Source: Ptychomitrium polyphyllum (taxonomy: Eukaryota). Taken from it: a DNA stretch of 64,000 bases. The notes beneath the pieces were generated by a model. It was given only the letters and a program-made list of their open reading frames with translations, ran no database searches and was not told the origin of the DNA. Position numbers and translations under genes: made by a program. This document shows, in pieces, positions 14,173 to 27,418 of the stretch (position 1 is the stretch's first letter; each line of letters begins with the position of its first letter). The stretch is taken from positions 4,278,001 through 4,342,000 of the forward strand of contig OZ316776.1 in the NCBI GenBank assembly GCA_973851085.1, in the 5' to 3' direction.

Positions 14173-15840
14173 ATGGAAGCTATGATGGCCATGAAGCAGG
14201 GGGCTGTAATGCACTCGTTTCTTGCTGCCGGTGACTTTTCAGCTGGCAGTAGCAATTCCAGCATCACAAATTATCTGTCGACATCACAAGTTTGCAGTTC
14301 AGGCAACAAGCCAATCGTCTTGCACTCGTCACGAATCAGATCGAATTTCTGCAATGCCAAGGACGCCCTGAGTTGTACTAGTTTGCTCGACGATTGCTTC
14401 GTTAGAATCAGTTGTAAGAGCACTCGGAGACGCTCGACATGGCGTGAAAGAGCCGGCATTGAGGTAAGGGCGAGCGTTGCAGCTGAGCAGGTGACGAGCT
14501 CTGGAGATGGTGAGAGTAGTGATGGCGAACGGAGCAGGACTGAGACAGGAGTGGTGATCGTGGGAGCTGGGTTGGCGGGGTTAGCAGCTGCAAGGCAATG
14601 TGCCAAAGTAGGGATTCCATTTCTTCTCGTGGAAGGCTCAGACGGAGTAGGAGGGCGAGTGCGGACCGATTCGTACCAAGGGTTCTTGCTGGACAGGGGG
14701 TTCCAGATTTTCATAACTGCGTATCCGGAGGCACAGGCGGTATTGGACTACGAAGCCCTAAACTTACAAACATTCTATGCAGGGGCGTTGGTATGGTTCA
14801 ACGACTCATTCCATCGCGTTGCCGATCCAATTCGCCACTTCACTGACGGTTTAGGATCATTGTTTAACCCGATCGGATCAGCGCTGGATAAGGTGATAGT
14901 GGGGATTGTTAGGTTAAGAGCAGCTATTAAACCAGTTTCTGCAATCTTGTCTGCCGATGAGACAACCATCATCAGCAGGCTGAAATCTGAGGGGTTCTCA
15001 GAAGCGATGATTGATCGCTTCTTCCGGCCCTTCTTTGGTGGGATTTTCTTCGACAGGGAACTCCAGACCACATCCCGGTTGTTTGAGTTTGTCTTTAAGT
15101 GCCTGGCATTAGGGTCCAATACTCTTCCAGCAGCTGGCATTGGTGCCATACCCCAACAGATGGCAGCCAAACTTCCCAGTGGCTCAGTTCTGCTCAATTC
15201 AAGAGTTGCCAAACTGGAGACGGATGATAACGGTGTGATCTTAGGAGCGGTGTTGGGGAATGGAAGAGTAATTAGCGCCAAATATGGTGTGGTCATTGCC
15301 GCTGAAGGCCCGGAGGCAGCTCGTCTGTTGGGGACGAAGCTTCCAGCTTCTGCATCGGTGGAGAAACCTCCTCGCAGCACAACTTGCTTGTACTTCTCTG
15401 CAGATTCCTCTCCTGTCAGTGAGCCCATTCTGCTACTCAATGGGACAAAGAGTGGCATAGTAAACAATATGTTCTTCCCAACCACGGTGGCGCCATCATA
15501 TGCTCCTGCAGGCAAGACGCTCGTCTCAGTCACTCTCATCGGCCAGTATGAGAAAACCTCCGATTCTGAACTGGAAAAAACCGTCCGAGCGGAGCTTCGA
15601 TCCTGGTTCGGTGCCAAAGTGGTGGATTCATGGCAGCACCTTCGAACATACCGCATCCCTCTAGCGCAACCCCAGCAGGCCCCTCCAACGATGCTACAGA
15701 AGGAGGCAAGGGTAGAGCAGGGCGTGTATGTCTGTGGAGATCATCGTTATTCTTCTACCTTTGATGGTGCTCTGGTATCAGGAAGGCGTGCTGTGCAAGA
15801 ATTGATAGCAGATTGTAAGCTTATCACGGTGTCCAAATGA
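14173..15840 (+). CDS. FAD-dependent oxidoreductase, flavin amine oxidase / phytoene-dehydrogenase-like family, probable plastid transit peptide (555 aa, no coding introns)
   Basis: Rossmann motif VVIVGAGLAGLAAA, EGSDGVGGRVRTD, DRGFQIF and C-terminal VCGDHR...GALVSGRRA. Ser-rich N-terminal extension. First ATG at 14173. Probable 5'UTR intron 13668-14156 (G|GTGAGC...TGGCAG|). Confidence 0.9.
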   Translation: MEAMMAMKQGAVMHSFLAAGDFSAGSSNSSITNYLSTSQVCSSGNKPIVLHSSRIRSNFCNAKDALSCTSLLDDCFVRISCKSTRRRSTWRERAGIEVRASVAAEQVTSSGDGESSDGERSRTETGVVIVGAGLAGLAAARQCAKVGIPFLLVEGSDGVGGRVRTDSYQGFLLDRGFQIFITAYPEAQAVLDYEALNLQTFYAGALVWFNDSFHRVADPIRHFTDGLGSLFNPIGSALDKVIVGIVRLRAAIKPVSAILSADETTIISRLKSEGFSEAMIDRFFRPFFGGIFFDRELQTTSRLFEFVFKCLALGSNTLPAAGIGAIPQQMAAKLPSGSVLLNSRVAKLETDDNGVILGAVLGNGRVISAKYGVVIAAEGPEAARLLGTKLPASASVEKPPRSTTCLYFSADSSPVSEPILLLNGTKSGIVNNMFFPTTVAPSYAPAGKTLVSVTLIGQYEKTSDSELEKTVRAELRSWFGAKVVDSWQHLRTYRIPLAQPQQAPPTMLQKEARVEQGVYVCGDHRYSSTFDGALVSGRRAVQELIADCKLITVSK

Positions 15841-18636
15841 ATTGCTCATAACGGTATTAGACAACGAAATTAGGACTGAATATTAGAGTTTTGTCTAACT
15901 CCTGTATGTGTTCATCTGAGTGGATTTATTAAACTGGAAAGCGTGCAGATTACTGTGTTACTTATGATCTGGCTCACAGTTCCACTAGATGTGGAGAGTG
16001 TATTATGGAATAGGTTGTCAAGATTGACAAGTTGACAGAAGCGGCTGAACGGTACCAACATGAACAAGTGATCTGGATTATTCTGTTGTTTCTTTCGTTT
16101 GCGTGTGAAGCATCTCCTCGTGTCTATCAGACAGTCTATAGTGTTGAATCTTTGGTGTTCGTACATGTTGAAACATGGTGCTGGAACAGTTTAGTTTTGC
16201 TACATTGTAACAAGAAGGTTTCGCAAAATTTCCTTCATGTCAATCTGTGTTCGTGTGTGTTTCTCAGAAACGACGTTTGACGAATTTTGTCTGAATTGTT
16301 ATACAAGCATATGAGTACAATTGCATGATACTGCAATCATCTGTTCATCAGTCTGTTAAAACGTATTGTGTGTGTTTGAATGAGGCACTCTCTAAAAACA
16401 AAGTTGAAAAGCACTCTTTCGAAGTATCTGGATCCCTTAGCTTGTAATACAAACATGTTATCATTTCATATCCTTTCCATGAAATTGGTTCACTCATATG
16501 AGAATTTATCTGAGAAAGAGAATATAAGAGTTAATAGAGAAAAGATGTTATTGTAACTTGAACTTTCATATTCATTTTTTCAAAAGACTTGAACAAATCT
16601 TGTAGGCTTATATTACGGCATTTAAATACTTGGACTTCTATTAACAATTTTTGTTCTCATCTTATATTTATTTTTTCATTAGATCTTCATTAAATCTTGT
16701 TCTTTAAAGCTGTTTTAAAAAATATGGATCCATATTATACCCACTTTATTCTAAATAAGTTCAAGGTAAAAAAGTATTTGTTTCCTTTGACAAACATAAA
16801 AATATGAATAAGATAAATTTAATCATTTAAAGCACAATATTGTACCTTCATAGTGTCATGCAAGTTCTACACCATACTATTGTATGATTGATTGATTGGT
16901 TTGCAAAAGTATGGTTTGGTAAAGAAAAAAAACTATTTGAATTTTTCAAGTACTTGAATTTTATTAATTTATAAGTTCAAAAATGAATTGGTAATACCTT
17001 CCACATCTTCGTCATTGCTCTTTGCACTTTCACAAGAAACTACTACTTCATGTGATTTTGGTAATAAATCACATGAAGTGTTTTGTTGATTTTATGTAAA
17101 TTTGGCAATAATAAAAAATAATTTCCTAAAAACTTTAACATACGATTTTTGAATTATTTTTTGCCAAAAATGCTATATAGGTATAGTGATATGTTTCCAC
17201 AAAAATTCCACATGTACATACATCCATCCGCCCAAATCCATCAAAATTACAATGAACTATTGATGTAAAGATCTTCATTTATCCTCAATCATCATTCAAT
17301 CATCACTATGAAGTGGAGAAATAACTCATCCGTACACAACATTGAAATTAATGATATATAAATGTATGTCCTACAAATTTTAAACCTTACATTGCTACAT
17401 CATTACATACTCTTGCATTGTGTACAAATAGTTTCCTATACTATCTGAAATGACATAAATCCATAGTTCAAATCAATGCACTAGCATTGTATGTTAATAT
17501 ATATGTTAAAACTTAAAAGTAAATTTTATTTATGTCTTGTACACCAAAATCACCATAATTTTTGGTGTTTACTTTTGTTTATACATCATTTAACAAAGTT
17601 TTACTGAAATTTATTTTAGTTTTCTAAAAAGTGCCAAATAATTGAAAAGTCTTCATACTATCCTTTATGCATGATTTGTTGAGTAATTTTAGTGACAAAA
17701 CATTCTCAGTAACCATTAATGTCCTTTTGTAATAAGGCTAAAGCGATGTTGCAATTTGCAAACTTGGTAGTGTCTACATTCATGTCTAACATAAATGTTT
17801 TCATGAATGCTTTCATGCTGAGTTGCAAAGTTGTACAGACTAATCTCAAGTCTCACATTAAACAACAATCCTCGGGCACAACGTGCACTGAACGTGCGTC
17901 GTTTGAAGCTACTGTACCAGGCGTCTGCTATAAAAATACGGTACAAACCGTTGGCATTTGCAGTAACAAGCTATATACAAAATAAAGCCTAGTCCCACAT
18001 TTCACGCCAACGATAAGGATCAGATTGATCACCAGATGGTGATGAAATAATCGCAGAATCAAGTAATTATTATCTGAACTAGGTAACATTCTCAAACCTC
18101 GACACTCTGATATATGAAGTAGAGACCTAAATGAACATCTTTCCGTCAGTCACCATATCCAGTAACGTAAGATTTCGTACTGCATACCCAGACACTGTGG
18201 AGCACAAGATTTCAGTCATCTCCCACCTGCAATCAGAACTTTGAAACATGCATTCAGTGCCAAGACATTACAAAAGGTTCACAAATTTAAACATATAACC
18301 TATTTCAAGATGCACTCCCATAAGATCAATGATCACGAAACACCAAGAACATGTAGAAGGGTTGCTCAGGCTTACTCGATAATCATAAGAGTGCTCCGGA
18401 AGATATTGAACGTTTGCCACTAGATAGGGCAGAGTGCAGCATCTATTGTTGAAGTTCTCTTGTAATCCTAAATGTAGCCCAAAATAATTTTAATTCCCCT
18501 ATATCCTGCAGGAAACACGCTTGTGTACAGATGTTCGCAAAACCAGGATTTAATCCAAAGGGCAGATAGCCAAATTGGCTTCCAGTAGATCAATCATTTG
18601 TCTAAGAAATCCAAAAGCAAGTTACGTCAAAGAATA

Positions 18637-21406
18637 TCATGATTCTGCCAAACCCTGCTTATTTTTAGGCCGTGAGCTTGTGGCTTCAGGGACTGGTGGC
18701 TCAGCAACTTGAGGCACAGGCGGCGGTAAGGTCATTTTCCGTGACAGCTTCAGATTGCCACGAAGATCACGGCCAATACAGACCACCCCGAGCTCTTGCC
18801 CAATTGCAAGATAATCGGATACACGTTCAATACGTTCATGTGCAATTTCTGAGATATGGAGCAAGCCCTGGTAGCCTCCGTTGAGTTCCATAAATGCTCC
18901 AAAATCCTTGATGGCGACCACTCTAGCTGTATAGGTGCCTCCCACCTCCACTTCCTTCCCTACTGATGATTCAACCATCTTCTTTGCCTGGTCAAACGAG
19001 GCCTGATCTCTTGCAAAAATTGTCACTACTCCATCTCCCGTTATGCTTACACGTGCATCAGTAACCCTCTGTTACAGCCACCAATCGAATTAGAACATCT
19101 CAAGTTACCAAATTCAGTTATGCGGGGAATCATTGTACGATACACATAGCATATTGGATAATCAATTCACAAAACAAAAACATTTCGTTAGTGTTCAAAC
19201 TGCCCTCCCTGCTGTTGTAGATTCATTATGTAACAAAGCATTATACATCTAAACCAAATTCAGAAATTTTGACCATTTAGAATACAACTACTAAAAAGAA
19301 AAGGGGAGCGTATGTGGAGGACACATTCGGAGGTATTTGTCCACGATTAACTAAAGCTCGCTTAGAACGGTAAATCTCATGTGGTACCTGGATATTCTTG
19401 ACATTTGAGCCCTGAGGCCCAATCAAGCGCCCAATACTATCCTGTTGTATGTTCATCGTTCCACTGCGCGGCAAGTTCTCGCGTGAAGAGTCTCGAGGAC
19501 TGCTGATCACCTGTTCCATGAAGTCCAAAATCTTGGTTCGGCCGACCAATGCAGGCTCCAACGCCTCACACAGGATGTGCAATGGGACACCAGCAGGTTT
19601 AATATCAAGCTGGATCGCAGTGATACCCTTCCGTGTCCCAGCAATTTTGAAATCCATGTCACCGAGGTGATCCTCTAATCCTAGGATGTCAGTAAGGATT
19701 CGGTAGTCAGTAACACGCCCTGTCTCAGGATCGCTGACGCTAACCAGCCCAACCGAGACTGCACCCACATGTGAGCGCAATGGAATACCAGCATCCATCA
19801 AAGCTAGACTTCCACCACAAACAGTGGCCATGGAAGATGACCCATCTGATGCCAGACATTCGGAGGTGACGCGAACACTGTAAGGGAAGTCCTCTTCTGG
19901 TGGAAGCAAAGCGACTAGCGCCTTCTCTGCCAGTGTACCATGTCCAACTTCTCGTCGGTTTAGACCTCCTGTGCGTCCCACCTCGTTGATAGAAAAAGGA
20001 GGGAAACTGTAGTGAACCATGAACCGCTTTCGGTCGATTCCAACAAGGGAATCTAAACGCTGAGCGTCATCAGGTGCACCCATGGTGACAGTGCACAGAA
20101 CCTGCGTGTTCCCTCTGGAGAATAAGGAGGAGCCATGGAGGGCCGGGTACGTCCCAGCTTCACACTGCAATTCACGCACCTGGTTAAGGCTTCGCCCATC
20201 CACCCTCATGCCTTTCTCGAAGATATTTCGCCGCAGCACCTCCTTCTTCACTGCATCAAAGGCATAAGGCAAAAGTTTGGAAGATATTTCGTCTCCTTCA
20301 GCAACTAAGAGATTCTTCACCTGCTCTTCTATCTTACCCAAAGTTTGTCCGCGCTCAAACTTACCAAACTCGGGATTGCCCATCACAGCCTCAATAGCAA
20401 ACTGAGCCAGAGACTTGACCTTCTCTAGTACTTCAGGAGGGACAGTAAGGACTGGCAGAGGCCGCTTCTGCACTGCAACTTTAGCAGCCAACTCCAGCTG
20501 CGGTGGAATCAGCTTTGTAGCCTCAGCATGTGCAAGATGAAGAGCGGCTGTATAATCCTGGTTTGGAATCTCACGAGCCTGCGTTTCGATCATGACTGTC
20601 TTCTCCATTGTGCATGCATACACCAGATTCAAGTCGCTCAAAGCCAATTCGTCCATGTTCGGATTCACGATGAACTTACCCTTCACCCTACCAATTCGCA
20701 CGCAACCTATTGGACCTTTCCAGGGAATGTCCGAAATCATGAGGGCTGCCGATGCCGCATTCACAGCAAGAACGTCAGGGTCCTGCTCACCGTCTGAGCA
20801 CAGCACGTTCGCTATGATCTGCGAATCGTAAAAGAACCCCCGGGGAAAGAGTGGCCGAACCGACCTGTCGATAAGCCGGCCGCACAGGAGCTCCCTCTCT
20901 TTGGGTGCACCTTCTCGCCGCATAAATGTGGCAGGAATTTTCCCCTGGGCATATTGCTTCTCCCGATACTCCACCTGCAACGGCAAAAAGTCCCTGCTTG
21001 CATCTAACTTATGATCGGCCACCACAGTGACCAACACTTTCGTCTCACCAACTCCGACAACAACAGAACCCGCCGCAAACCGGGCCAGCTTCCCAGTCTC
21101 AAAGCTGAACTTGATGTTGCCCACATCAACTTCTTCTTGGAAAACATGACCACTAGCTGGAAACTTCCGCCACGCTAGGGGCACCTCTGGTGTAGGTATC
21201 AGAGCAGGCTCGCCAACCGTGGAAAAATTTGACGCATACCTGCCAAAAACCACCTGACATTGCCTTGCATCGGAAATCCCGCTCGACGAATCGACATTTT
21301 GCAACAAATGCAATGTCTGAGTAAACGAGGTCGACCGGAACCTCCCATGCCCCGACGCAGCACCCACCGCCTTCAGTATTGAGCTCGCCCCACGCCTCCG
21401 AAGCAT
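18637..21406 (-). CDS. PNP2: Polyribonucleotide nucleotidyltransferase (PNPase), mitochondrial type, ~816 aa; exons 21406-19388 and 19068-18637
   Basis: Two RNase PH domains (DFLPLQVEYREK, RREVGHG, SDGSSSMATVCGGSLALMDAG, DHLGDMDFKIAGT), KH (IGRLIGPQGSNVKNIQ|RVTDARVSI) and S1 (KDFGAFMEL..GLLHISE). GT-AG intron 19387-19069 joins in frame. Arg/Ser-rich presequence MLRRRGASS. Confidence 0.93.
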
Positions 21407-21691
21407 CGTTATCACCTCTTGCAAAGATCGATCACAATTCGTAACCCTACAACGACTTCCGCAATCTCAAGGAAGCTCGTCAATCTCCCATCGAGTTCTT
21501 CAATCCCAAAGAAGCTCTTCAATCCAGAGACAACTTCTTCAATCCCAGAGTTCTTCCCTGAACTCGTCGTTGAACTACGAGATCTTCAACAAGTCCTTCA
21601 ACGAGTTTCCCCGGAAACGAGAAGCTGCATCCAAAATTGGCACCAAAATGACAAGAGAGCCTCAACCTCACTAATATCGGTCGAAACCCAC

Positions 21692-21742
21692 CCTTAAACC
21701 CTAAACCCTGAACCCTCAACCTCTAAACCCTAAAACTCTGAA
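21692..21742. promoter_or_regulatory. Telo-box cluster (AAACCCTA and degenerate copies) upstream of PNPase
   Basis: cccttaaaccctaaaccctgaaccctcaacctctaaaccctaaaactctgaa, about 290-330 bp 5' of the ATG. Confidence 0.6.
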
Positions 21743-24700
21743 GCTCACTATTTCACCCTCTGAAAGTTTTTTTTTTTAAATTGTGACACAAGCGAATTTG
21801 AGTAAGGGATTTCCAGCAGGTGCGGTCAAAATCCTGGTCCAAAACGCTGAGAGCACAATTGGTGGACCTGGAATGTGTCACGCAGGTGCGAGAATGGGCG
21901 CAGCAGCACAAAGGGCACTAAACCCTCGCCGTTTGCTTTCAGAGCATGGCGAGTTGATACGTCCACTATTCGAATGATGTCTAGGTGATACCTGGGATGT
22001 ACACGGTTAGAACCGGATTGGTACTAAGGCGGGTACGGTGAAGGTCTTGAGAATCTGTTTAGGCTTGTCCGTGAGCATGCAGCAGAGGATTCAGTATGCT
22101 CTGGTCTAGCGCTGAATGCCGCCGGCTGACGCCGTATGCTGTGCCGTACAGCATACGATGCCGCAGGTGCTAGTGGAGTTCAGAGCAGCCCTTTGTCATG
22201 TTTGAGGACGCCCTAGTTTGAAGAAGAGAGAGAAGGACAAGTGTAATTATAGTGTATTGAGAACGTATTGATAGTATTGCATAGTTAGTGTTTAAGTGAA
22301 TGTAGACTTTATTGAGATGATTAAAATAAAGACTTGTTGGTATAAAATGCATCATAAACATTTGTATAACATGTGTGCCATTTAAGGTATAATTTGAAGA
22401 GTAGTCTATCATTAAAAAAAACATACTTAAATTACCTCTAAAATAGGAATCTTATTAACTTAATACAAAGTTATAGAAGAACATACTATATTTAAAAACA
22501 ACCAAATTAAACTAGCTAATGCAAAAAGAATCATATTTTAATCAAAATAACATATTTCATTTCATAAATATCCTTTATAAGGTCATACGTAGATCCATAG
22601 ACAAAGTCATTACCACCTTCATTTTTAAGATAGTAAAAGAAAGTTAGCAAAATTTAAGATAAATAAGAAAAAAATCAATCTAAAAAAAATACAAAATACA
22701 ATTAAATATGATTATTTCTATTTAAAATCAATGCATCAATATTTTAAAATAGATTTGAATATGAATTTAGGATTTAGTTATATTCTACAATTGAAGAAAA
22801 ATGATTGGTAATAAATAATACAAAAGATCTATATGTGTATGAACAAAAAAAGATCTAAAATCTTGAAGAAAAAAATTATTTAAATTAAATTAGATTACTA
22901 ATGTTTGATTTTTTATAATTAGATTTTATCATTGGATTTGAAATGCAAAAATTGGAGTTAAAAAACTTTATCCTTCTTATGATGAATAATTCTATTTCAT
23001 TTGAAATAAACAAATGGTCATTATCCACCTCATTTTGCAACAAGTAGATGCATGTAGTTATAAGTGAAATTGATGTTGCCCATGCATTTGTATTCTTATA
23101 AATATTATTAAAGTCTAAAATGAAGAAATACCATACAATAAAATGATGTGTGACTTCTTGAATTTTCTTTATATTACACATTCAAATGTAAATAAGTATG
23201 GCCGCTATTACATCAAAGATGTAATAGCATGTAACCTAGATTTTGTGAAGAAGGATTTTGTAACATAGGCATGTAAAGAAAGGTTTTGTACAATTGTCAT
23301 TTAAATAAAAGTATAAGTAAATTTATAAATGCAAACAAATAGATGAATAAGGTTTCTTTTTGTATTACTTACAACAATCTAAAATAAACATGCTCTTAAA
23401 ATAAAACCATTGAAATCTATTTATGTAATTTTTAAATTTATTAAATAATTGCTTTTACTATTAAATCATTATTTAATAATTCAAATGTATCTTCCAAAAA
23501 TACACCATTTTTATTACAAATTCATTAATTGTTCTTATCAATTAGATTTTAATATCTTTTGTTATAATATTGCTGTAGAGATGATTGCTTTATTTATTTG
23601 CACTTGTTAATTTTAAAGAATTGTTAATATATTTTATTGGAGTACAAATTAAAACTCTAATCATATTTGTGTAGATATTTTGTAATTTACATGTTTTGTA
23701 TTCAAATCCACTATTGTGGTTCTGAGCTAGATTATTTAAAACTCAATGATTTTAAGATACAAATGCTAAGTTTTCTTCATTAGTATGTGAAATGTTGTAG
23801 AAGAATTGCAATTTGGTATTATCAAAAATTGAATGTTTTTAATTTTTGAACCACATACATGTTAATGACAATTGTTTCTATACAACCAAATAAAATTATA
23901 TGAAGAAAAATGGTATTAGTTGTACTTTAAAATCAGATTACATTGCATATTCATCTTATTTCATATCTTTATTTTGCTTTCAAAATGTCTTATTAATAAT
24001 GTTTCGCAAATTAATGGGATTTTTTATTTGAAATGTCACTAAAAATGTTTTTACAAAAAAGTACACAGAAAGGTTGGTTTATAATATATATTTTTTATAA
24101 AAACGGAATTCATTAAGTTGAATACAATTTAATATATCTAAATAAAATATTTTTTTTAAAAACTAAAAAGTACGTTTTTTCATAACTATACTTTTTATAT
24201 TAGATTTATTTAATGTCTTAACACATATTTGGATGAAAAAAAATTTAAAAATTGAATTTGAAATCTGAAAAATAGGCTTGATCACAAAGTAGCTATTGTA
24301 TTTTTAATACAATTAGATTCTTGATGTATTTGTGTACTATCTTTAGTTTTTTCAACATAATAAAAAAAATTCAACTCAAAAAAAGAATATCTTCAAGATT
24401 AGCAGTGAATGATATTCCTGATTTAAAGAAAATAAACATTTATAATTCACCATCATTTATATATGAAACATTTTAAATGAATAAATATCATAATAATAAT
24501 AACAATAAATTTTAATATAAAAAATATTAATAGCAACATCTTAAAAAAATTCAAAGCCACAATATCTTTAAAAAAATTTGATAAATGATTTTTTCAAAAA
24601 TTAAATTAAAAAAATTCAATCATTGGCAAATAATTGTATCATTTATTTTATAAGCACAAAATTTATAAAACGTGCTAGATTAAAAATGGTTTCTCTTATC

Positions 24701-27391
24701 TGTACTTTTTATTTTATAAACTCAAGTTTTTCTCTTAGCCAATACTATTAATATGACTAAATAGATTTTAATTTTTTCTTATCATTGTTGTTGTATTTTA
24801 TAAATATTTATCCCTAAAAATTAAACTTTATGCTATTTTAGTTATAAAATCCCTTTTAGTATGATTCTTCATTGTTCTTCTTCAAATAAACTATAAATCT
24901 TTGTATCTTGTCTTCTATTACTATATTTCATTAAAAACACATCTTCAAGATCTTGTACAATGGTGATTTGTCCATCATGTACAATGATCCTAAATATATA
25001 ATGTAAATTTTGTTAATTTAATATTTGAAAGATTATATTACAAAAGTATTTAGAATGTTTCAAAACCATCCAAATATATTTTAATATCCTAAATCTTTAT
25101 ATATAGTCTAACCTTTTCCAAATCCATTTCAAATCCTCAACCATATAATCCACCATATAAATCTTCCTTCTTTCGAATTTAAAATCCTTCTGTCTTATAT
25201 AAGTGGCTTACAAACACTTCTATGGAAGCCACCACTATATTATCTAATAGAAATTTTTCACAATTAATTTAGTGAAAAAGCCTTTACACTAATTTAATAA
25301 TTAGCCCTTACATTTGATTAAATTTAAAGCCTTTTTATTTCATTAAAAATTCATACAATCAAGTCTTTTTAATCATCAATGTAATGATTGATTTTAATCA
25401 ATACAATTATTTTTTATATAAAAATTAAAATTATACTTACATCAATCTAATTATAGATTTAAAAAAGTAATAAATACATGCAAAAGCTTACATTTTAACA
25501 CTAAATGGTTTACATTTCAACATGGTCATTTCCATGATTTAAAATTATACACAAAGTTTCCTTTTAGAATTATATAATAAATCTTCAAAAGTTTATTTAT
25601 TAAATACATCCATTAATTTCTTAGTTTGTGGCATTAATAATTAGTATTTTTTTGATTAATAACTATTACTATTTTTAAAGAAGATTTTATGTCAATTTTT
25701 CCAAAAAAAGTTATAATAATGTTTAAAATCTTACATATTTATTAATATTTGTCACCTTAAACCATCAATTTTCTTTTCAAAAAACCTTTTCTATTATTGT
25801 AATTGTAATGTTTTAACACCCTGTCAAAGATTTGATGTTTTTATATTTATGCTGTTGTCTACATAATTATGTTGTTGCTTGTAATTAATTAAATAGCAAT
25901 TGCACAAAATATCAAGTTCAAATTATATAAATAATAAAATTAAAAATATTCTTGAATATACTAAACAACCAAAAAAGTTAACAATTGCTTGTTATAAATA
26001 TATATAATTTCTTGCAATGATTTTTTATGCTACAAATTCAAGACACCTTAAAGAAAATGCATTATTAGTTGAAAAGATGTCCTTTATTATGTAAAAAAAA
26101 ATTCATTTGAAATAAATAATTATAATCTTTATAATAACTATTCACACTAAATCATACATATAGTTGAAGATTGCAAATCTTTTTTAAGAATACTTCTTAT
26201 TTATATATAGAAGCAACAAATGATTGATTCTACAATGAAACTTTCTTAACTTTCAAAATTTAATTTAATTTTGCAAATTGTTATATGTGATTATCATTGC
26301 AAAAGATAATCATTTTTAATCATCTATGTTTAGAAATTAAACTTTTGCTAGAAAATAAAGGCATTATGGTGTTTTCTTAATTGTGCTTATTCTTATAGAT
26401 GGCTTAATGTATATTTATCTTGGTTATTATATTATCAATTTTTGAATTTGACATAAATGCAATGAAAAAAGAGAAAATTGCAAACATAAATTCAAAAAGA
26501 AATGGAAACTAAGTTACAATTGAGAATAAGCTTTTTATGTAAGAAGATTAAAGAATAATGCAACAAAGAAGTCAAATACAATGAAAGACATCAAAGGCCA
26601 AATTTTGGATCAACTTGCCTTGTTTTTTAATTGTTATTAAGTTTCACTATTTGATTTGCAATTCTTGTTACTTTCTTCATTAACTTTTATGTATACTATT
26701 TGTTTAGACAATCAATACTTTCTATTTTTTGAAATTCCCATTCAATGGCTAACAAACTTCAATGTTTGCGTAAATGTGCATTCAAATACTCTGAAAGATG
26801 AGGCTATTTCTAATCAAGAAATGTTGCTACATCCAATAAGCTTAAGATAAGGTCCAATAAAAACTACCATAGTTTAAATGAACCTTTAAAAGTTACAATT
26901 ATACTTTTAATATAATATGTGATGGTTAAAAATACATTAAAAAGCGGTTAATTGTCATTATTTGGATGGTTAATCTTAACATTCTAAATTTTTTAAAGGT
27001 CCATATCATTGTCAAGTGAGCTTAGTTACAATTTTTAATTGTTGACTCAAAGGGTGGTCCAGGCTTTTTATTCAAGGATGCTTCAAGATTCGGACTTTTT
27101 GCAGAAACAACCTATGAAATTTATAAACAATCTTTTCATAAAAACATGTCTTTAATTTGCATTAGTCATAAGCTTATTTTCTTTCTCCAAAGTGGCTAGA
27201 GAACTTACACAGTGTTTGGAAAAAGGCACACTCCGTATGGCAATGGTAATGTAGAAGACAAAGAACTACGACCCAAGAGATCGTAGTCAAAGTTTGTTCT
27301 ACCTGATAAATTATAATTTGCACGCTCCTCTCTGCTCAACTTGAGTAGTGTACTATCCCAGGCAGCGCAATAATCACACGAGCAGCTGAGG

Positions 27392-27418
27392 ACAGTAACA
27401 GTAACAGTAACAGTAACA
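27392..27418. repeat. (ACAGTA)x4 microsatellite
   Basis: gacagtaacagtaacagtaacagtaaca. Confidence 0.85.

Noticed and set aside
14271..15656. Minus-strand ORFs of 147 and 293 aa
   Set aside because: Antisense shadows of the oxidoreductase CDS; no domain.
19277..19387. C-terminal tail of the 715-aa PNPase ORF
   Set aside because: Read-through into the intron. The spliced form restores KH and S1.
22300..27200. Short ORFs and possible TE in the long AT-rich spacer (similarly 10500-13100, 44000-45500, 50000-51500)
   Set aside because: Low-complexity I/F/K/N-rich chance ORFs. No LTRs, TIRs or transposase/RT motifs discernible.
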